Below, piece by piece: positions 48,447 through 58,962 of a stretch of 64,000 bases of DNA. The notes under the pieces were generated by a model that saw only the letters and a list, made by a program, of their open reading frames with translations, was not told where the DNA came from and did no database searches. The translations under genes were made by a program, and so were the position numbers. The stretch is from NCBI GenBank assembly GCA_020723065.1, contig DYJP01000003.1, positions 195-64,194 on the forward strand, in the 5' to 3' direction. The DNA is from Candidatus Micrarchaeum sp. Lineage in GTDB: Archaea > Micrarchaeota > Micrarchaeia > CABMEP01. How positions within the stretch are numbered: the stretch's first letter is position 1; each line of letters opens with the position of its first letter.

Positions 48447-51400
48447 TCATTCGAACCCGTGGACAATCTTGAAGTGACCTGGCTTCGGCTCGAATATCTC
48501 GCCTTTTCTGGACATCTCTTCCAGCATCAGCCTAACACTTTTCTCATCAAACTTGAGACGGGTTATCGCTTCTTCCAGTATCTTTTCCTTTGGAATCGGA
48601 TCGAACTGTTTACTCAAATCGCGTATCGCTCCGAACAGATCGTAGTAATGGGCCTGCCTAGACCTCGGCTGGCCGGTTGAAATGATGTCCACATCTATAT
48701 TTCCAGTTGTCCTATCAAGCGCAATCTCTTTGAGAACGTATTCCACCAGGCCGATTGCGAGTTCCGCATCGGATATCTCCACCACTTCGGAAAGCCTTGT
48801 CTTTGCGCTTGCCTCACTCAAACGAATTATACCTTCGATCTGACGGGGAGTTATGGGTATCGCGCCCTGCCTCTTGCCCATCTCCCTTAGCTGAACATAG
48901 AACGATTCTATTTTATCCTGCGCCTCTATGGAAAGCTTTGGCTTTACATTTTTTCTCGCGTAAGCAACATACTTTCTGAGGAATTCATTGTCAACCTTCT
49001 GCTCCTTTGATTCTGGCACTGTCCCGTGCGCGGCATTCCTATGAGTTTCCAACAGGTATTTCGCCAGCTTCCTGTCGGATGTTTCATCCACCACATCACG
49101 AATTGGAAATATTAGGTCGAACCTACTCTGAAGCGTCGGAGGAATGTCGAACTGGATTCCTATAAGTTGATTCGGATCGAACCTTCCGAACTTTGGATTC
49201 GCTGCCGCGAGAATTGCAGTCTTGGCCTTGAACTTCGCAACGATTCCCGCTTTTGCGACCGAAACGGTCCCCGATTCCATAACCTCATGAAGGGCCGCTC
49301 TTTCATTATCGTCTATCTTGTCAAACTCATCCACTCCTGCAAGACCTCCTGAAGCAAGAACCAGCGCTCCCGCTTTGAGAGTCCAGCCCTCACCAAGGTC
49401 GTCTTTTTCTGCACTCGCCGTAAGACCAACACCACTCACGGATTTTCCGCTTACATAGATGCTCTTGGGCGCAAGCGCGGTGACATACTGCAATAATCTT
49501 GTATTGTGGGCAATGATGCCGTTTGCAACAAAATTATACTTACCAGGAACCTCGAAATCATAAACCCATTTTTCTTTAGATTTTACCTTTTCAATCTTTA
49601 CAACCTTGTCCCAGAAAAGATCGGATTCCGAAAGAGCTTGCAGCCGGTCAAGAATCTCAGAGGTCTCCCTGTGACCGTTGAATTTCCTCATGTGCGAAAC
49701 CACAGACTTGAGGGTATCTCTGCTCGGATGCCTGTCTCCAAGCTCCAAGTGAAGATAAGTTCCTCTTGCAACCCCGCATTGGTGCTGATAAATTCCGAGC
49801 TTGGAACGAAGGTCTTTCAATAAACTTGAAACACCAGGGACCACATCTATGTTTGTATTTGATTTAAGATCGATCTTCAGTGCCTGCTTTCGCTTCAGTC
49901 CAAAACCTATCTTTTCAAAGAAATTTTTTGCGTGCTCTCCGGTAATAGAAAGACGGAAATATTTCCTCGCAATTTTCTGTTCAGTATTTGTTGCTCGGCC
50001 CATCGTACTATGGATTTGAGAAACAACACCAAACCTGAGAAGCAAAATCCCAACCTGCTCGATAAAAGTTTTACTTGCAGAGGTCAAGGTTACGCTACCG
50101 ATCCCCTTTCTAACCGTGCCTTTACAGTCAAAGTAAGCTGAAAGAAATGCCCTAACAACAGTGTCGGTGCTTCTCTGAATCTCGATTGGAACGCTCTTTG
50201 TCCTTGATTCTTCGACCATTCCCATTGATTCAAGCAGTCGACCCAATTCAGTTGAATGCACGCTTGCAAGATTCAATCCATTCCCATCTAGGCTAACGGT
50301 GCACTTAAGACCGAATAAATCCTTGATTAAGAATACGAAACGTTTAAGCATCTGCTTGTCTGCAGTTGTGAAGGAGATCTCATAGCTCGTTCCTGTTTTT
50401 CGCAGATAACCGTCGCCAATCAAATATCCCGCAAGCTCTGCAAATTTCTCATCAACATATGCGGGCACACGTATTTTGTTTGCATTTATTCTACATTTCT
50501 CGAATGCAGGAAACTTCTGTTTACTACCACTTATCTTAAGCACTCGGGGAGTAGCGATAAAATCGCCAACCTTCAATTCTTCCGTCTTGACTGAATCGAT
50601 TGATCCATCCCTCGGCACAAAAAATGGGTGAATTCCAGTAGTAATGATCTCCTTGCCAGTGAATGTTGTAACTTTGTACATGAATTTGGGTGATTTAAGT
50701 TTCCATACGACCGCTCCCTCGGAACAGCTTATCTTGCCGCAACCGTCCATAGACATAAGGCCAGTCTTAACCTTGGAATAAATTCCGTCATCCACTTCCG
50801 TACTTCCGAGTGCCAAACGAGATTCTACAACATCCTTGATCTTCTGTATCGAACCATCTGCAAGAACTATACTTGAATCACCATCTAGGCACTTCGCGGC
50901 GCCAGGATCTCCTATTAACAGAATGTGAATGTCATTCCTTATCACTCCGCCTTCCGGAAGCTTCTTATCTGGGTTTCCTCCGAAAAGCTGGAGCGCGACC
51001 GCCTTCTTCATCTCCCTGTGGCCATAAATGGAAGGCGCGATTGAATTGGTTATTATTTCAAATACATTCGGGATTTTAGAAAACTCCTTTATCTGCTTAA
51101 TGTCTTCCTTCGTAAGCTCAACTTCCTCGAATTCTCTCTGCGTGCTCTTTATCGAAACTACGTCTATATACTTCGCATAAACCGGCTCCTTTGTCTTGCC
51201 TATCTGCTTTAGTCTAAGAATGCCAACCACTTCTACAGTATCCCCAGGAATTATCGAGTTGCAAAGATCGTCATCCAGTATCATCTCTATATGGCTTGCG
51301 GGCGAACCGCTCCTTACCCTTTCCAGGAGCTCCTGAATCTCCAATCTCTGAATGTTCACAAATTTCGTCGCCTTCTCGTCGAGCTCCAATGTCCTTTTCT

Positions 51401-51881
51401 TGCAGTTGCTACAGACATCAGGAAGGTAAACACCTTTTTCCATTACAACCTTTTCAATGTTTCCACAATTTGAGCAATTGTAGATTGCAACACTAACCTT
51501 CGGCCTTATCTCTGCCCTTTTGGTGACCACTCCGTTAAGCGTTATCATCTTATGAATATGCTCCGAGCCAATGTTCTCGATCAGAAGAGACCCTTTCTCC
51601 CCAACTTCCACTCCCTCTACCCTTACATGAGGTTCGAAATCCTTCTTTTCCTCGCCGGCCATGGAGATTAGTGCCAACTGGGCTGCCTTGAGGTATGTGT
51701 CTGGATTGTCCACCATCTTCTCTGCAAACTCATGATCGTATTTTTGGAGCGTCTTATAAGAAAAAAAGAAACTCTTCTTTTCCGGATATCTGTTCTTCAA
51801 ATCCTGGAACTCCTTACCATAGCTGTCAGAAAAGAACTCTTCGAACTTTTGAGATATAGGAGTAAGATCTGCCTGAACCAT
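48447..51881 (-). CDS. mcm: Replicative helicase MCM, containing an intein
   Basis: Zn finger, GDPGAAK, VDEFDK, AAANP..GRF, SRFD, TPRQIE. Confidence 0.97.
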   Translation of the reverse strand: MVQADLTPISQKFEEFFSDSYGKEFQDLKNRYPEKKSFFFSYKTLQKYDHEFAEKMVDNPDTYLKAAQLALISMAGEEKKDFEPHVRVEGVEVGEKGSLLIENIGSEHIHKMITLNGVVTKRAEIRPKVSVAIYNCSNCGNIEKVVMEKGVYLPDVCSNCKKRTLELDEKATKFVNIQRLEIQELLERVRSGSPASHIEMILDDDLCNSIIPGDTVEVVGILRLKQIGKTKEPVYAKYIDVVSIKSTQREFEEVELTKEDIKQIKEFSKIPNVFEIITNSIAPSIYGHREMKKAVALQLFGGNPDKKLPEGGVIRNDIHILLIGDPGAAKCLDGDSSIVLADGSIQKIKDVVESRLALGSTEVDDGIYSKVKTGLMSMDGCGKISCSEGAVVWKLKSPKFMYKVTTFTGKEIITTGIHPFFVPRDGSIDSVKTEELKVGDFIATPRVLKISGSKQKFPAFEKCRINANKIRVPAYVDEKFAELAGYLIGDGYLRKTGTSYEISFTTADKQMLKRFVFLIKDLFGLKCTVSLDGNGLNLASVHSTELGRLLESMGMVEESRTKSVPIEIQRSTDTVVRAFLSAYFDCKGTVRKGIGSVTLTSASKTFIEQVGILLLRFGVVSQIHSTMGRATNTEQKIARKYFRLSITGEHAKNFFEKIGFGLKRKQALKIDLKSNTNIDVVPGVSSLLKDLRSKLGIYQHQCGVARGTYLHLELGDRHPSRDTLKSVVSHMRKFNGHRETSEILDRLQALSESDLFWDKVVKIEKVKSKEKWVYDFEVPGKYNFVANGIIAHNTRLLQYVTALAPKSIYVSGKSVSGVGLTASAEKDDLGEGWTLKAGALVLASGGLAGVDEFDKIDDNERAALHEVMESGTVSVAKAGIVAKFKAKTAILAAANPKFGRFDPNQLIGIQFDIPPTLQSRFDLIFPIRDVVDETSDRKLAKYLLETHRNAAHGTVPESKEQKVDNEFLRKYVAYARKNVKPKLSIEAQDKIESFYVQLREMGKRQGAIPITPRQIEGIIRLSEASAKTRLSEVVEISDAELAIGLVEYVLKEIALDRTTGNIDVDIISTGQPRSRQAHYYDLFGAIRDLSKQFDPIPKEKILEEAITRLKFDEKSVRLMLEEMSRKGEIFEPKPGHFKIVHGFE
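49503..50891 (-). mobile_element. Intein with LAGLIDADG domain (463 aa) inserted right after the MCM Walker A lysine
   Basis: AAK|CLDGDS ... TGIHPF ... LAGYLIGDG ... FLSAYFDCKG ... VYDFEV..NFVANGIIAHN|TRLL. Confidence 0.95.
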
Positions 51882-52055
51882 AAATACCACACATGAATAA
51901 GATTACAATAAACGATAGGCTGAATAGAAGTAATGCGAGTAAGTTAATAAAGATGACGCACCCCCTCACTACCACTAATAATTATTAGCAGATGCTTTAA
52001 ATATTTTTTACAAGAAGATTTCATGTGAACAGCATGAATAAATTACAGTGATCAC

Positions 52056-53525
52056 ATGACAAAATTCTATATAACGACACCGATATACTACGCCAATGAC
52101 CTTCCGCATATAGGTAGTGCCTATACCACAACAATAGCGGACGTCCTGTCCATATGGCACAGAATGAAGGGGGACGATACGTTCTTCCTAACTGGATTAG
52201 ATGAGAATTCGGTGAAGGTCAGCCAGGCTGCAGAAAAACAAGGTTATTCAGACATACAGAAATACTCCGATAGCATGGCAGAAAAATGGATTGAAGCGTG
52301 GAAACGGTTGAACTTCACCAACGACGGATTTATAAGGACAACGAGCAAGAGCCACAAGGAAAATGTTGTCAAATTCTTCAGTAAGGTTTATGAAAAAGGA
52401 GATATATATAAAGGAACATACGAGGGGCTTTACTGCGAAGGATGTGAAGAATTCAAGCTGGAAAAAGACGCCCCAGACGGCAAATGCCCGATACATCAGA
52501 CGCCCTTAAAGAAAATCAAAGAAGAAAACTACTACTTCAGGCTATCGAAATACCGCGATGCAATCCTCAAACACATAGAGGAGAATCCCGAATACATAAT
52601 GCCGGAGACAAGAAGGAACGAGGTGGTAAACTTCCTCAAGCAAGGTCTCATGGACAACTCAATCTCCAGGCCGGACCTGAAATGGGGAATAGAATTTCCG
52701 ATAGACAAAAAACATAGGTTCTGGGTGTGGTTCGATGCACTCATAAACTACCTTTCTCCGGAAAAATACTGGCCTGCAGAAGTTCACCTGTTAGGAAAAG
52801 ACATCTCGAGATTTCACTGCATACTCTGGACCGGAATGCTCATGTCCGCGGGATACGAACTTCCCAAGAAAATGTACGTCCACGGATTCTTCACAATAAA
52901 CGGACAGAAGATATCGAAATCGCTAGGAAACGCTATAGATCCGGTCAGGCTCTCCGAGAAATATGGGATTGACGGAATAAGATACTACATGTTCAGGGAC
53001 ATTTCTATTGGTGAAGATGGAGACTTCTCTGAAGTCGCGCTCAAGGAGAGGATAAACAACGAGATAGTCGCGAACTACAGCAACCTTTTCTACAGGGTTT
53101 CCTCTTTCCTGCAGAAAAACTTCGAAGGGAAGGTTCCGGAAGCCAAATACGGAAAAGACGAAGAAGAACTGCTTGAAACGGTAGAAAAGCTAGTCAAGAC
53201 ATATGAAAGACAGATGGAAAACATCGAGCTCACCGCCGCACTAAACACTGCCGTAGAGCTCAGTACGCTTGCAAACAGATATGTCCAGACCAAAGAGCCG
53301 TGGAAAATAATAAAAACGGACAGAAATTCGGCTGCAGTTTCGTTGAATTTTGCATCGCAGCTACTCAGAAGCATAGTGCTCCTTTACCATCCATTCATGC
53401 CGAACAAAGGGAAGGAAGCGGCGAAAGCACTCGGAATAAAGTTGGAATGGGAAGACGTCTCAAAGCCAACGTTGAAGGCTGGACACGAAATAAAGCCAGT
53501 CATGCTTTTCAAGAAGATAGAATGA
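52056..53525 (+). CDS. metG: Methionine--tRNA ligase (short form)
   Basis: TTPIYYAN..PHIGSAY, WFDALINY, KISKSLGN. Confidence 0.97.
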   Translation: MTKFYITTPIYYANDLPHIGSAYTTTIADVLSIWHRMKGDDTFFLTGLDENSVKVSQAAEKQGYSDIQKYSDSMAEKWIEAWKRLNFTNDGFIRTTSKSHKENVVKFFSKVYEKGDIYKGTYEGLYCEGCEEFKLEKDAPDGKCPIHQTPLKKIKEENYYFRLSKYRDAILKHIEENPEYIMPETRRNEVVNFLKQGLMDNSISRPDLKWGIEFPIDKKHRFWVWFDALINYLSPEKYWPAEVHLLGKDISRFHCILWTGMLMSAGYELPKKMYVHGFFTINGQKISKSLGNAIDPVRLSEKYGIDGIRYYMFRDISIGEDGDFSEVALKERINNEIVANYSNLFYRVSSFLQKNFEGKVPEAKYGKDEEELLETVEKLVKTYERQMENIELTAALNTAVELSTLANRYVQTKEPWKIIKTDRNSAAVSLNFASQLLRSIVLLYHPFMPNKGKEAAKALGIKLEWEDVSKPTLKAGHEIKPVMLFKKIE

Positions 53526-53618
53526 ACTGCCGAAAAAGGAAAGAAAAGAAAACCTTTAATAAAATAATAGTGTAAATATAATTACATCTTGTCTCTTTTC
53601 AGTTTCGAGAAGAGAAAT

Positions 53619-53693
53619 GGGCCCGTAGCTCAGCTTGGCCAGAGCGTTCGGCTTTTAACCGACAGGTCGAGGGTTCAAATCCCTCCGGGCCCG
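53619..53693 (+). tRNA. tRNA-Lys(TTT), no intron
   Basis: GGGCCCG/CGGGCCC acceptor, CT-TTT-AA loop, GGTTCAAATCC. Confidence 0.96.
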
Positions 53694-53790
53694 TTAACCT
53701 ATTTCTAAAATCCAAAGACATTAAGAAATCTGAAAATTAGAAAAGAAACAAAGATTAGATTTAAATATGGTTATCTCATATTTATAACAG

Positions 53791-54071
53791 AGTGGTGGAC
53801 TGCAGCTTACGGTGGGCACTAGGATCTCTCGAATCCAGAAAGGGAAGTCGGAAGAAACCAAAAGTGTCTTCTGAGGAAGTTCGATCCATAGAGTGAAACG
53901 CGCTTTAAGGGCGCGATGCGAGAATAGAAACGAACTGTCTTTTGAGAATGAGGATGACGAAAGGAGACGAGATAGACAGATGAAACGACTCGCATCTCAC
54001 AGTGAAATGCAAGGCCTTAGGCCGCTTAGTCGAATGCTGCGTTTACAGAAGATCGGCTATAGTCCGCCACT
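53791..54071 (+). ncRNA. rnpB: RNase P RNA (compact, type-M-like)
   Basis: P1 AGTGGTGGACT/AGTCCGCCACT; P2 GCAGC/GCTGC; P4 GAGGAAGTTCGATC ... ACAGAAGATCGGCTA; AGAAAC and TGAAAC conserved regions. Confidence 0.92.
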
Positions 54072-54112
54072 CTTATTTACTTCTTTTTATCAGAAACAAG
54101 GTAGACATTATC

Positions 54113-55138
54113 TCATTCAAGATAGTTGTCTTGCGATCTAAATGCGCCCTTACTAGATGGTTTCCTAACCGAAATGATTGCTAACAGAAAAAGAAGAACT
54201 ACCAGGTCTGCAAATATCAGGTATTCAGCCCGCACTATTCTTACAACCGACAAAGCCATAATGAGAACTGCAACAAAAATTATTGCGACCTTTCCTCCCT
54301 TTCGAATCTTAAAAATAAAAGAAATTATGAATGCAATCAATGCCAAACTAAATGCCAGCCCATAAAGAATTTCTGAGATTGAATCAAAAACAGACAAAAA
54401 AGACGACAACATTGCATTGAAAGCGGAAATAAATTGGAACAGCGAATCTCCTTTCCCAGTGATCTTTTCTAAGGCTCGTATATCGGATTTGACTTCTTCC
54501 GTGTGAAATGCAGAAATGTGTTCCTGACTGTCCTTGATCAAATCATTTATTGAATTATTTAATGATTCGTTAAAAACATTCAAGTTGGAAACAAGGCGTT
54601 CCAGTTCGGTTTTAAGTAACACAGACTCTTCGTATATTGGAATAAAATCTTCAAATGGGGACATACTTGCTGTGAATGAAATTGTTGCTGAAATGTTTTG
54701 ATATGGTTCCAAAAACACAAAAAATGTAACGTTCTTCTGAAGTTCTGAAGAAGGTGAGCACATCGAATCCTCAAGATGACAGGTCAAAACCACATATGAA
54801 ACGTTAAGTTTTTTTTCGGCATCCTTAAAATAGACTGAACTTCCAGATCCATCTGACATAGAAATTGTCGCCTTTACGTATACGGTCACGTTATCTGAAA
54901 CAATGTTTTTCAACGATGAAGCGGGAATCGCCCAGTCGACAAGTACGTACGAACGGTATTCGTATAACGGAAGAATTTTTTCTGGCAAGACGGGATTTGA
55001 AACAGATATTAACCTGTCTACCTGAGAACTGTTTATAACTATTGAATTAATTTCTTGCGCAAAAAAATTGCCGGACGCTAAAAGTATGAAAAGAAAAATC
55101 AACAAAACATTAAATCCGCGATTTAAATTTCTTTTCAT
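54113..55138 (-). CDS. Hypothetical membrane protein (signal peptide, extracellular domain, C-terminal TM helices)
   Basis: N-terminal basic plus hydrophobic segment; three hydrophobic segments at the C-terminus. Confidence 0.7.
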   Translation of the reverse strand: MKRNLNRGFNVLLIFLFILLASGNFFAQEINSIVINSSQVDRLISVSNPVLPEKILPLYEYRSYVLVDWAIPASSLKNIVSDNVTVYVKATISMSDGSGSSVYFKDAEKKLNVSYVVLTCHLEDSMCSPSSELQKNVTFFVFLEPYQNISATISFTASMSPFEDFIPIYEESVLLKTELERLVSNLNVFNESLNNSINDLIKDSQEHISAFHTEEVKSDIRALEKITGKGDSLFQFISAFNAMLSSFLSVFDSISEILYGLAFSLALIAFIISFIFKIRKGGKVAIIFVAVLIMALSVVRIVRAEYLIFADLVVLLFLLAIISVRKPSSKGAFRSQDNYLE

Positions 55139-55164
55139 AATTTCACTTTATTAAATCCAAAAAA

Positions 55165-55821
55165 TCACAAGGAAACTATTTCTCCGCTTTTTTTAAGGAC
55201 CGCCTTTTCACCCTCTACCGACAGGATCATATCGCAGGGAATCTGGAGTGCATACTCTGTTTCTATAGGGAACTGGCCCTTGAAGAAGTTGGTTATTATA
55301 GTGGTATCTGTCTCTTCCGCGATTACAGAAAGGAACCTTACGAATCTCAGGATGTGGTCGGTCGGGTTGAACGCCAGAAGGCCGTTTAGCGAATCTATAA
55401 ATGCTATATCGACAGTCTGGTCCGCAAAGATATCGTGAAGAAGCATAGAAAGTTCCACTAGGTTGTCCGGGTTGTCTATGTAAAATATCTTCATGCCTTT
55501 CTGCTCTTGTGGAATCGCAACCCCTTTAGTGACCATGTCTATGAATATCATCCTGTCGAAATGCTCTTCAATCCCGAAACCATAGTCCTTGAACTGATTG
55601 ATTGTTTTTTTGATTGTTTTATCTGTAGAAAACCAGACAAGCTTCCGATCTGGATGGCTGGAAAGGAATTCATAGGCAAGCTTGTATGACAGGCTCAAAT
55701 CGTCACTAAACGGATAGGAGGAAAAAAATACTAGCTGCTTCTTGATCTCAGAAAAAACAGATTTCTTTATACCTTTCTCGAAAAAAGACTGTTCATGCTT
55801 CTCCTTATTGTTGACCATCAT
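55165..55821 (-). CDS. KaiC/RAD55-like RecA-fold protein with degenerate Walker A
   Basis: VWFSTD, IFIDM, FIDSLNGLL; no GKT motif. Confidence 0.7.
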   Translation of the reverse strand: MMVNNKEKHEQSFFEKGIKKSVFSEIKKQLVFFSSYPFSDDLSLSYKLAYEFLSSHPDRKLVWFSTDKTIKKTINQFKDYGFGIEEHFDRMIFIDMVTKGVAIPQEQKGMKIFYIDNPDNLVELSMLLHDIFADQTVDIAFIDSLNGLLAFNPTDHILRFVRFLSVIAEETDTTIITNFFKGQFPIETEYALQIPCDMILSVEGEKAVLKKSGEIVSL

Positions 55822-56136
55822 ACCACTATCTGAATTGGTAGCGCAAATTTAAAAATGTTGTAAAACGCGAAACTGCGCATAAGGTAAAATAAGCAAGGCA
55901 TAGCAATATAAACTCTGCTTTATTATAGTATTCAAAACAAAGTATGTAGGGTGAAATGAACTACTATTTCTTGAAGAACGTCAGGATGTGACGAAATAAA
56001 TTAAGGGAAAAGATTAGATGGACAGAACTTTATCTTAAATCTTTATTTGACCTTTATTCGTTGCGCTGGGACAAGTAAACCTGAAACAAAAGATGCAGAG
56101 TCATCCTGCTAAAGAAAGAATCGGAGTGTGAAATAC

Positions 56137-56397
56137 ATGGAAAACGAAGGAAGAGAAAGACGCGGTGGATTTGGACAAGGCAGAGGACGCTTTGGAGGCC
56201 GCGGAAATTTTGCGCCGAAGCCAGTTAAGGAAGGCGATGAAATAGACTTAACAATTGAAGCGGTCGGAGAAAAGGGAGACGGAATCGGGAAGATACAAGG
56301 TTTCGTAGTCTTCGTTCCGAATACATCTGCCGGTGAAACATGCAAAGTCAGAATCACGCAGGTTCGCGGAAAGAGCGCAGTCGGAGAAAAAATATAA
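56137..56397 (+). CDS. Single-TRAM-domain RNA chaperone with RGG-rich N-terminus
   Basis: PVKEGDE..LTIEAVGEKGDGI..IQGFVVFVP. Confidence 0.93.
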   Translation: MENEGRERRGGFGQGRGRFGGRGNFAPKPVKEGDEIDLTIEAVGEKGDGIGKIQGFVVFVPNTSAGETCKVRITQVRGKSAVGEKI

Positions 56398-56426
56398 ACG
56401 AGCTTATTTAAGATTTTATCTCTGGT

Positions 56427-56478
56427 AAATCTGATTTTTCAGCCACCGAAAAAACGGCGATCAGATTTTCTTTTTTTT
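56427..56478 (+). terminator. Stem-loop plus T-tract after the TRAM gene
   Basis: AAATCTGAT...ATCAGATTT followed by T8. Confidence 0.6.
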
Positions 56479-56541
56479 ATTTATACGAACTAAAACTACC
56501 TGGAACAAAATGTTTATATTTAACTTTTTTGTTAATAACTC

Positions 56542-57591
56542 ATGTATTTTGAACCCAACTTGAGCAAAAAGCGAAAAAACAGAAGAAGAGGACCAATATT
56601 CAACTTCGGCAAAATGCTAGAAACGAGTAACGAAATTCTCCATCAGATGAAGGTAACCAAGGGCCTGTACGAAATCTACGATATCACCGACACCCCTTCT
56701 CTTATAGGTTTCACGCTCAAGACTGTTGCTTACCTCCCAGTAATACTCTGGAAAACTAAGAACTTCGAAGAAATAAAGTCCAAAAGATTCTGGTACAAGA
56801 ATAGGGACAACCAGCCGGTCGAAGGCATAATGTACGGACCAAAAGGAAATAATCCTCTTCCGCTCATCGCATTCGACAGCGGATACCAGAGAGACCTGTT
56901 CAGCTTTTCAATAGTCGGCAAAGTAATCGCATCACTGGGATACAGGACGTTCAGCATCAGGTCCAAGAACGAACTCAAGGGGACTGAAGCGGACGACTAT
57001 ATGGATGCGATGGACTATCTGAGAACAAGTTATCCAGAAAAGGATTCAATCGGGAAAACATCCGCAATTATAGGCGTGAGCGGCGGCAACATCGTAGTCT
57101 ACAGGTCTTGCTCATCAAAGGATTTCGTGAAAAGACATTCAGTAAAATGCGCTATTTCAATCGCGCCTTTCGCAGACCTTGCCGAGCAATTCATGTACAT
57201 GAAGAAGATACTGAAGCAACAGAACATTCCGGACAACGTAAAGGGAGTTCTAGAAGAGTACAATGAATACGTAAAAAGCCTTGGTGTGAAAAGCACCACT
57301 TCCGACCCAAAGATGTTCGAGAACGGATCCCCAATAACATACTGCAAGGACATTATCGTAAAAATACTCAACATACACGGAATAAAGGACAAAATCGTTC
57401 CTGCATCTGGATCATTAAAGATACACAAAGAAATGAAAAAGAACGGCAAAGAAATAGAAACCATCCTTACACCTGGAGAAGGGATCCACGGAGATCTCAG
57501 CAAATGGAAGAAGGAACTCATCCCAACAATAGGACTCGGGGCGTCCTTGGTCTATGCATATACCTTTTTCAAGAAGCATCTGAAGAGTTAA
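56542..57591 (+). CDS. Alpha/beta-hydrolase (S9 peptidase/esterase-like)
   Basis: GVSGG nucleophile elbow, IHGIKDKIVP, GEGIHG. Confidence 0.8.
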   Translation: MYFEPNLSKKRKNRRRGPIFNFGKMLETSNEILHQMKVTKGLYEIYDITDTPSLIGFTLKTVAYLPVILWKTKNFEEIKSKRFWYKNRDNQPVEGIMYGPKGNNPLPLIAFDSGYQRDLFSFSIVGKVIASLGYRTFSIRSKNELKGTEADDYMDAMDYLRTSYPEKDSIGKTSAIIGVSGGNIVVYRSCSSKDFVKRHSVKCAISIAPFADLAEQFMYMKKILKQQNIPDNVKGVLEEYNEYVKSLGVKSTTSDPKMFENGSPITYCKDIIVKILNIHGIKDKIVPASGSLKIHKEMKKNGKEIETILTPGEGIHGDLSKWKKELIPTIGLGASLVYAYTFFKKHLKS

Positions 57592-57598
57592 AAAAGAA

Positions 57599-58585
57599 TC
57601 AGACTCTGACAGTCATCTGCACTGGTTCGTTTATTTTTGTTTGATATACAGCAGGAGTCAGCGAAGCTTCCCATTCCTTGTCTGTTTTTGCATTGTATCC
57701 CTTAGATTTGAGGAAGGAACTCATCACTCCGGCATGGCCGTAATGGCACACGATCTCCTTGGCTTTTGACTCTTCCACATACTTTAATATCTCGTAGAAT
57801 CCCGCATGATCGCTGAGAGGAAACGCCTGGTTCCTGTATTTATATCTGTTCGCCCACCCTGTCACAAGAGCGAATGAAACTCTCTTGTACTGTGCCTCGA
57901 ACCATTTTTCTGACTGTTGATTCACAAAATGAAACGGAACTACGTACACAAATTTCCCCTTCATCGCTTCGGTTGCCTCGTAAGTTCCGATTTCGAATCG
58001 CTTAAGCTTGATTCCGTGCTTGTCGTACACCTTGCATTTCTGCTCGATTGCGTGATCCACTACTGGAGTCACATCCGAATAATTGTTAAGAATGTGGATG
58101 AGCTCCTGAGCTTTCCCAGTTGAATACGCCCCAAATATAACATTCTGCCCTGTCATGAGGCGAGTCCTTGTCCACCTATCTATCCTGTCTGCAATCTCTT
58201 CCTTCTCAGGGAAATTGAAGTCCGGATGGCCGAAAGTGCAGTCTATATGAAGCTCATCGCATTCAATTATCTCGGCTTTTTCCGTTGTAAACCCGTCCCT
58301 CAACTTCATGTCTCCTGTATAGACCACAGTATGCCCATTCGTAAACCTGAGCTGAGTGGATCCCAATATGTGCCCCGCCGGAAACAGTTTGATGTTCTCA
58401 TCATTGACTCTTACTAAAGAAGTCTGCTTCTCGCTTCCAGCGGAAAGAAGATCAAAAGTCTCATGAGAAGAGAATATATTTCTGCCTCTGGCGTGGTCCG
58501 AATGAGCATGCGAAATGTACACTAGGTCCGCCCCTTTGGATACCTCTATACCCAATTTGCGACCGTCATTGAGGGTCAAATACAT
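57599..58585 (-). CDS. MBL-fold beta-CASP nuclease-like protein
   Basis: SHAHSDH, AGHILGS, YTGD, DCTFG, GKAQE, LSDHA. Confidence 0.9.
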   Translation of the reverse strand: MYLTLNDGRKLGIEVSKGADLVYISHAHSDHARGRNIFSSHETFDLLSAGSEKQTSLVRVNDENIKLFPAGHILGSTQLRFTNGHTVVYTGDMKLRDGFTTEKAEIIECDELHIDCTFGHPDFNFPEKEEIADRIDRWTRTRLMTGQNVIFGAYSTGKAQELIHILNNYSDVTPVVDHAIEQKCKVYDKHGIKLKRFEIGTYEATEAMKGKFVYVVPFHFVNQQSEKWFEAQYKRVSFALVTGWANRYKYRNQAFPLSDHAGFYEILKYVEESKAKEIVCHYGHAGVMSSFLKSKGYNAKTDKEWEASLTPAVYQTKINEPVQMTVRV

Positions 58586-58767
58586 TAAATCTGCCTTGCC
58601 TGTACTGATTGATGCAGCACATCTGCCGATAATATATTGTAAAAACAAGTTTAAAAACATGAAGGTAGCCAGTATCTTGCAAAGTAGAATGACCGAATAT
58701 AACAATCAAAAGATATTTTAAATTTCACTATTATATTATATTAGCTATCTCTATTTTGGCGCTTCAG

Positions 58768-58842
58768 GGGCCGGTAGCTTAGCCAGGTTGGAGCGCTTGA
58801 CTGATAATCAAGAGGACGGGAGTTCAAATCTCCCCCGGCCCA
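58768..58842 (+). tRNA. tRNA-Ile(GAT), no intron
   Basis: GGGCCGG/CCGGCCC-A acceptor, CTTGA-CTGATAA-TCAAG anticodon arm; T-tract follows. Confidence 0.96.
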
Positions 58843-58962
58843 CTTTTTTTATATCAATAATAGATACAAAATATTCGGGAAAATAATTTAAATACATACT
58901 ATTAGTTGTGTTTTTATTTACTTAATGGAAATGTTTAAAAGTTTAAAGCACGTTGAATAATC

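Noticed and set aside
51890..52055. mcm/metG intergenic region as a replication origin (G5 string)
   Set aside because: No repeated ORB-like elements and no orc1/cdc6 nearby; region is short.
53893..54184. ORFs 53893-54141 and 54002-54184
   Set aside because: They overlap the RNase P RNA and are spurious.
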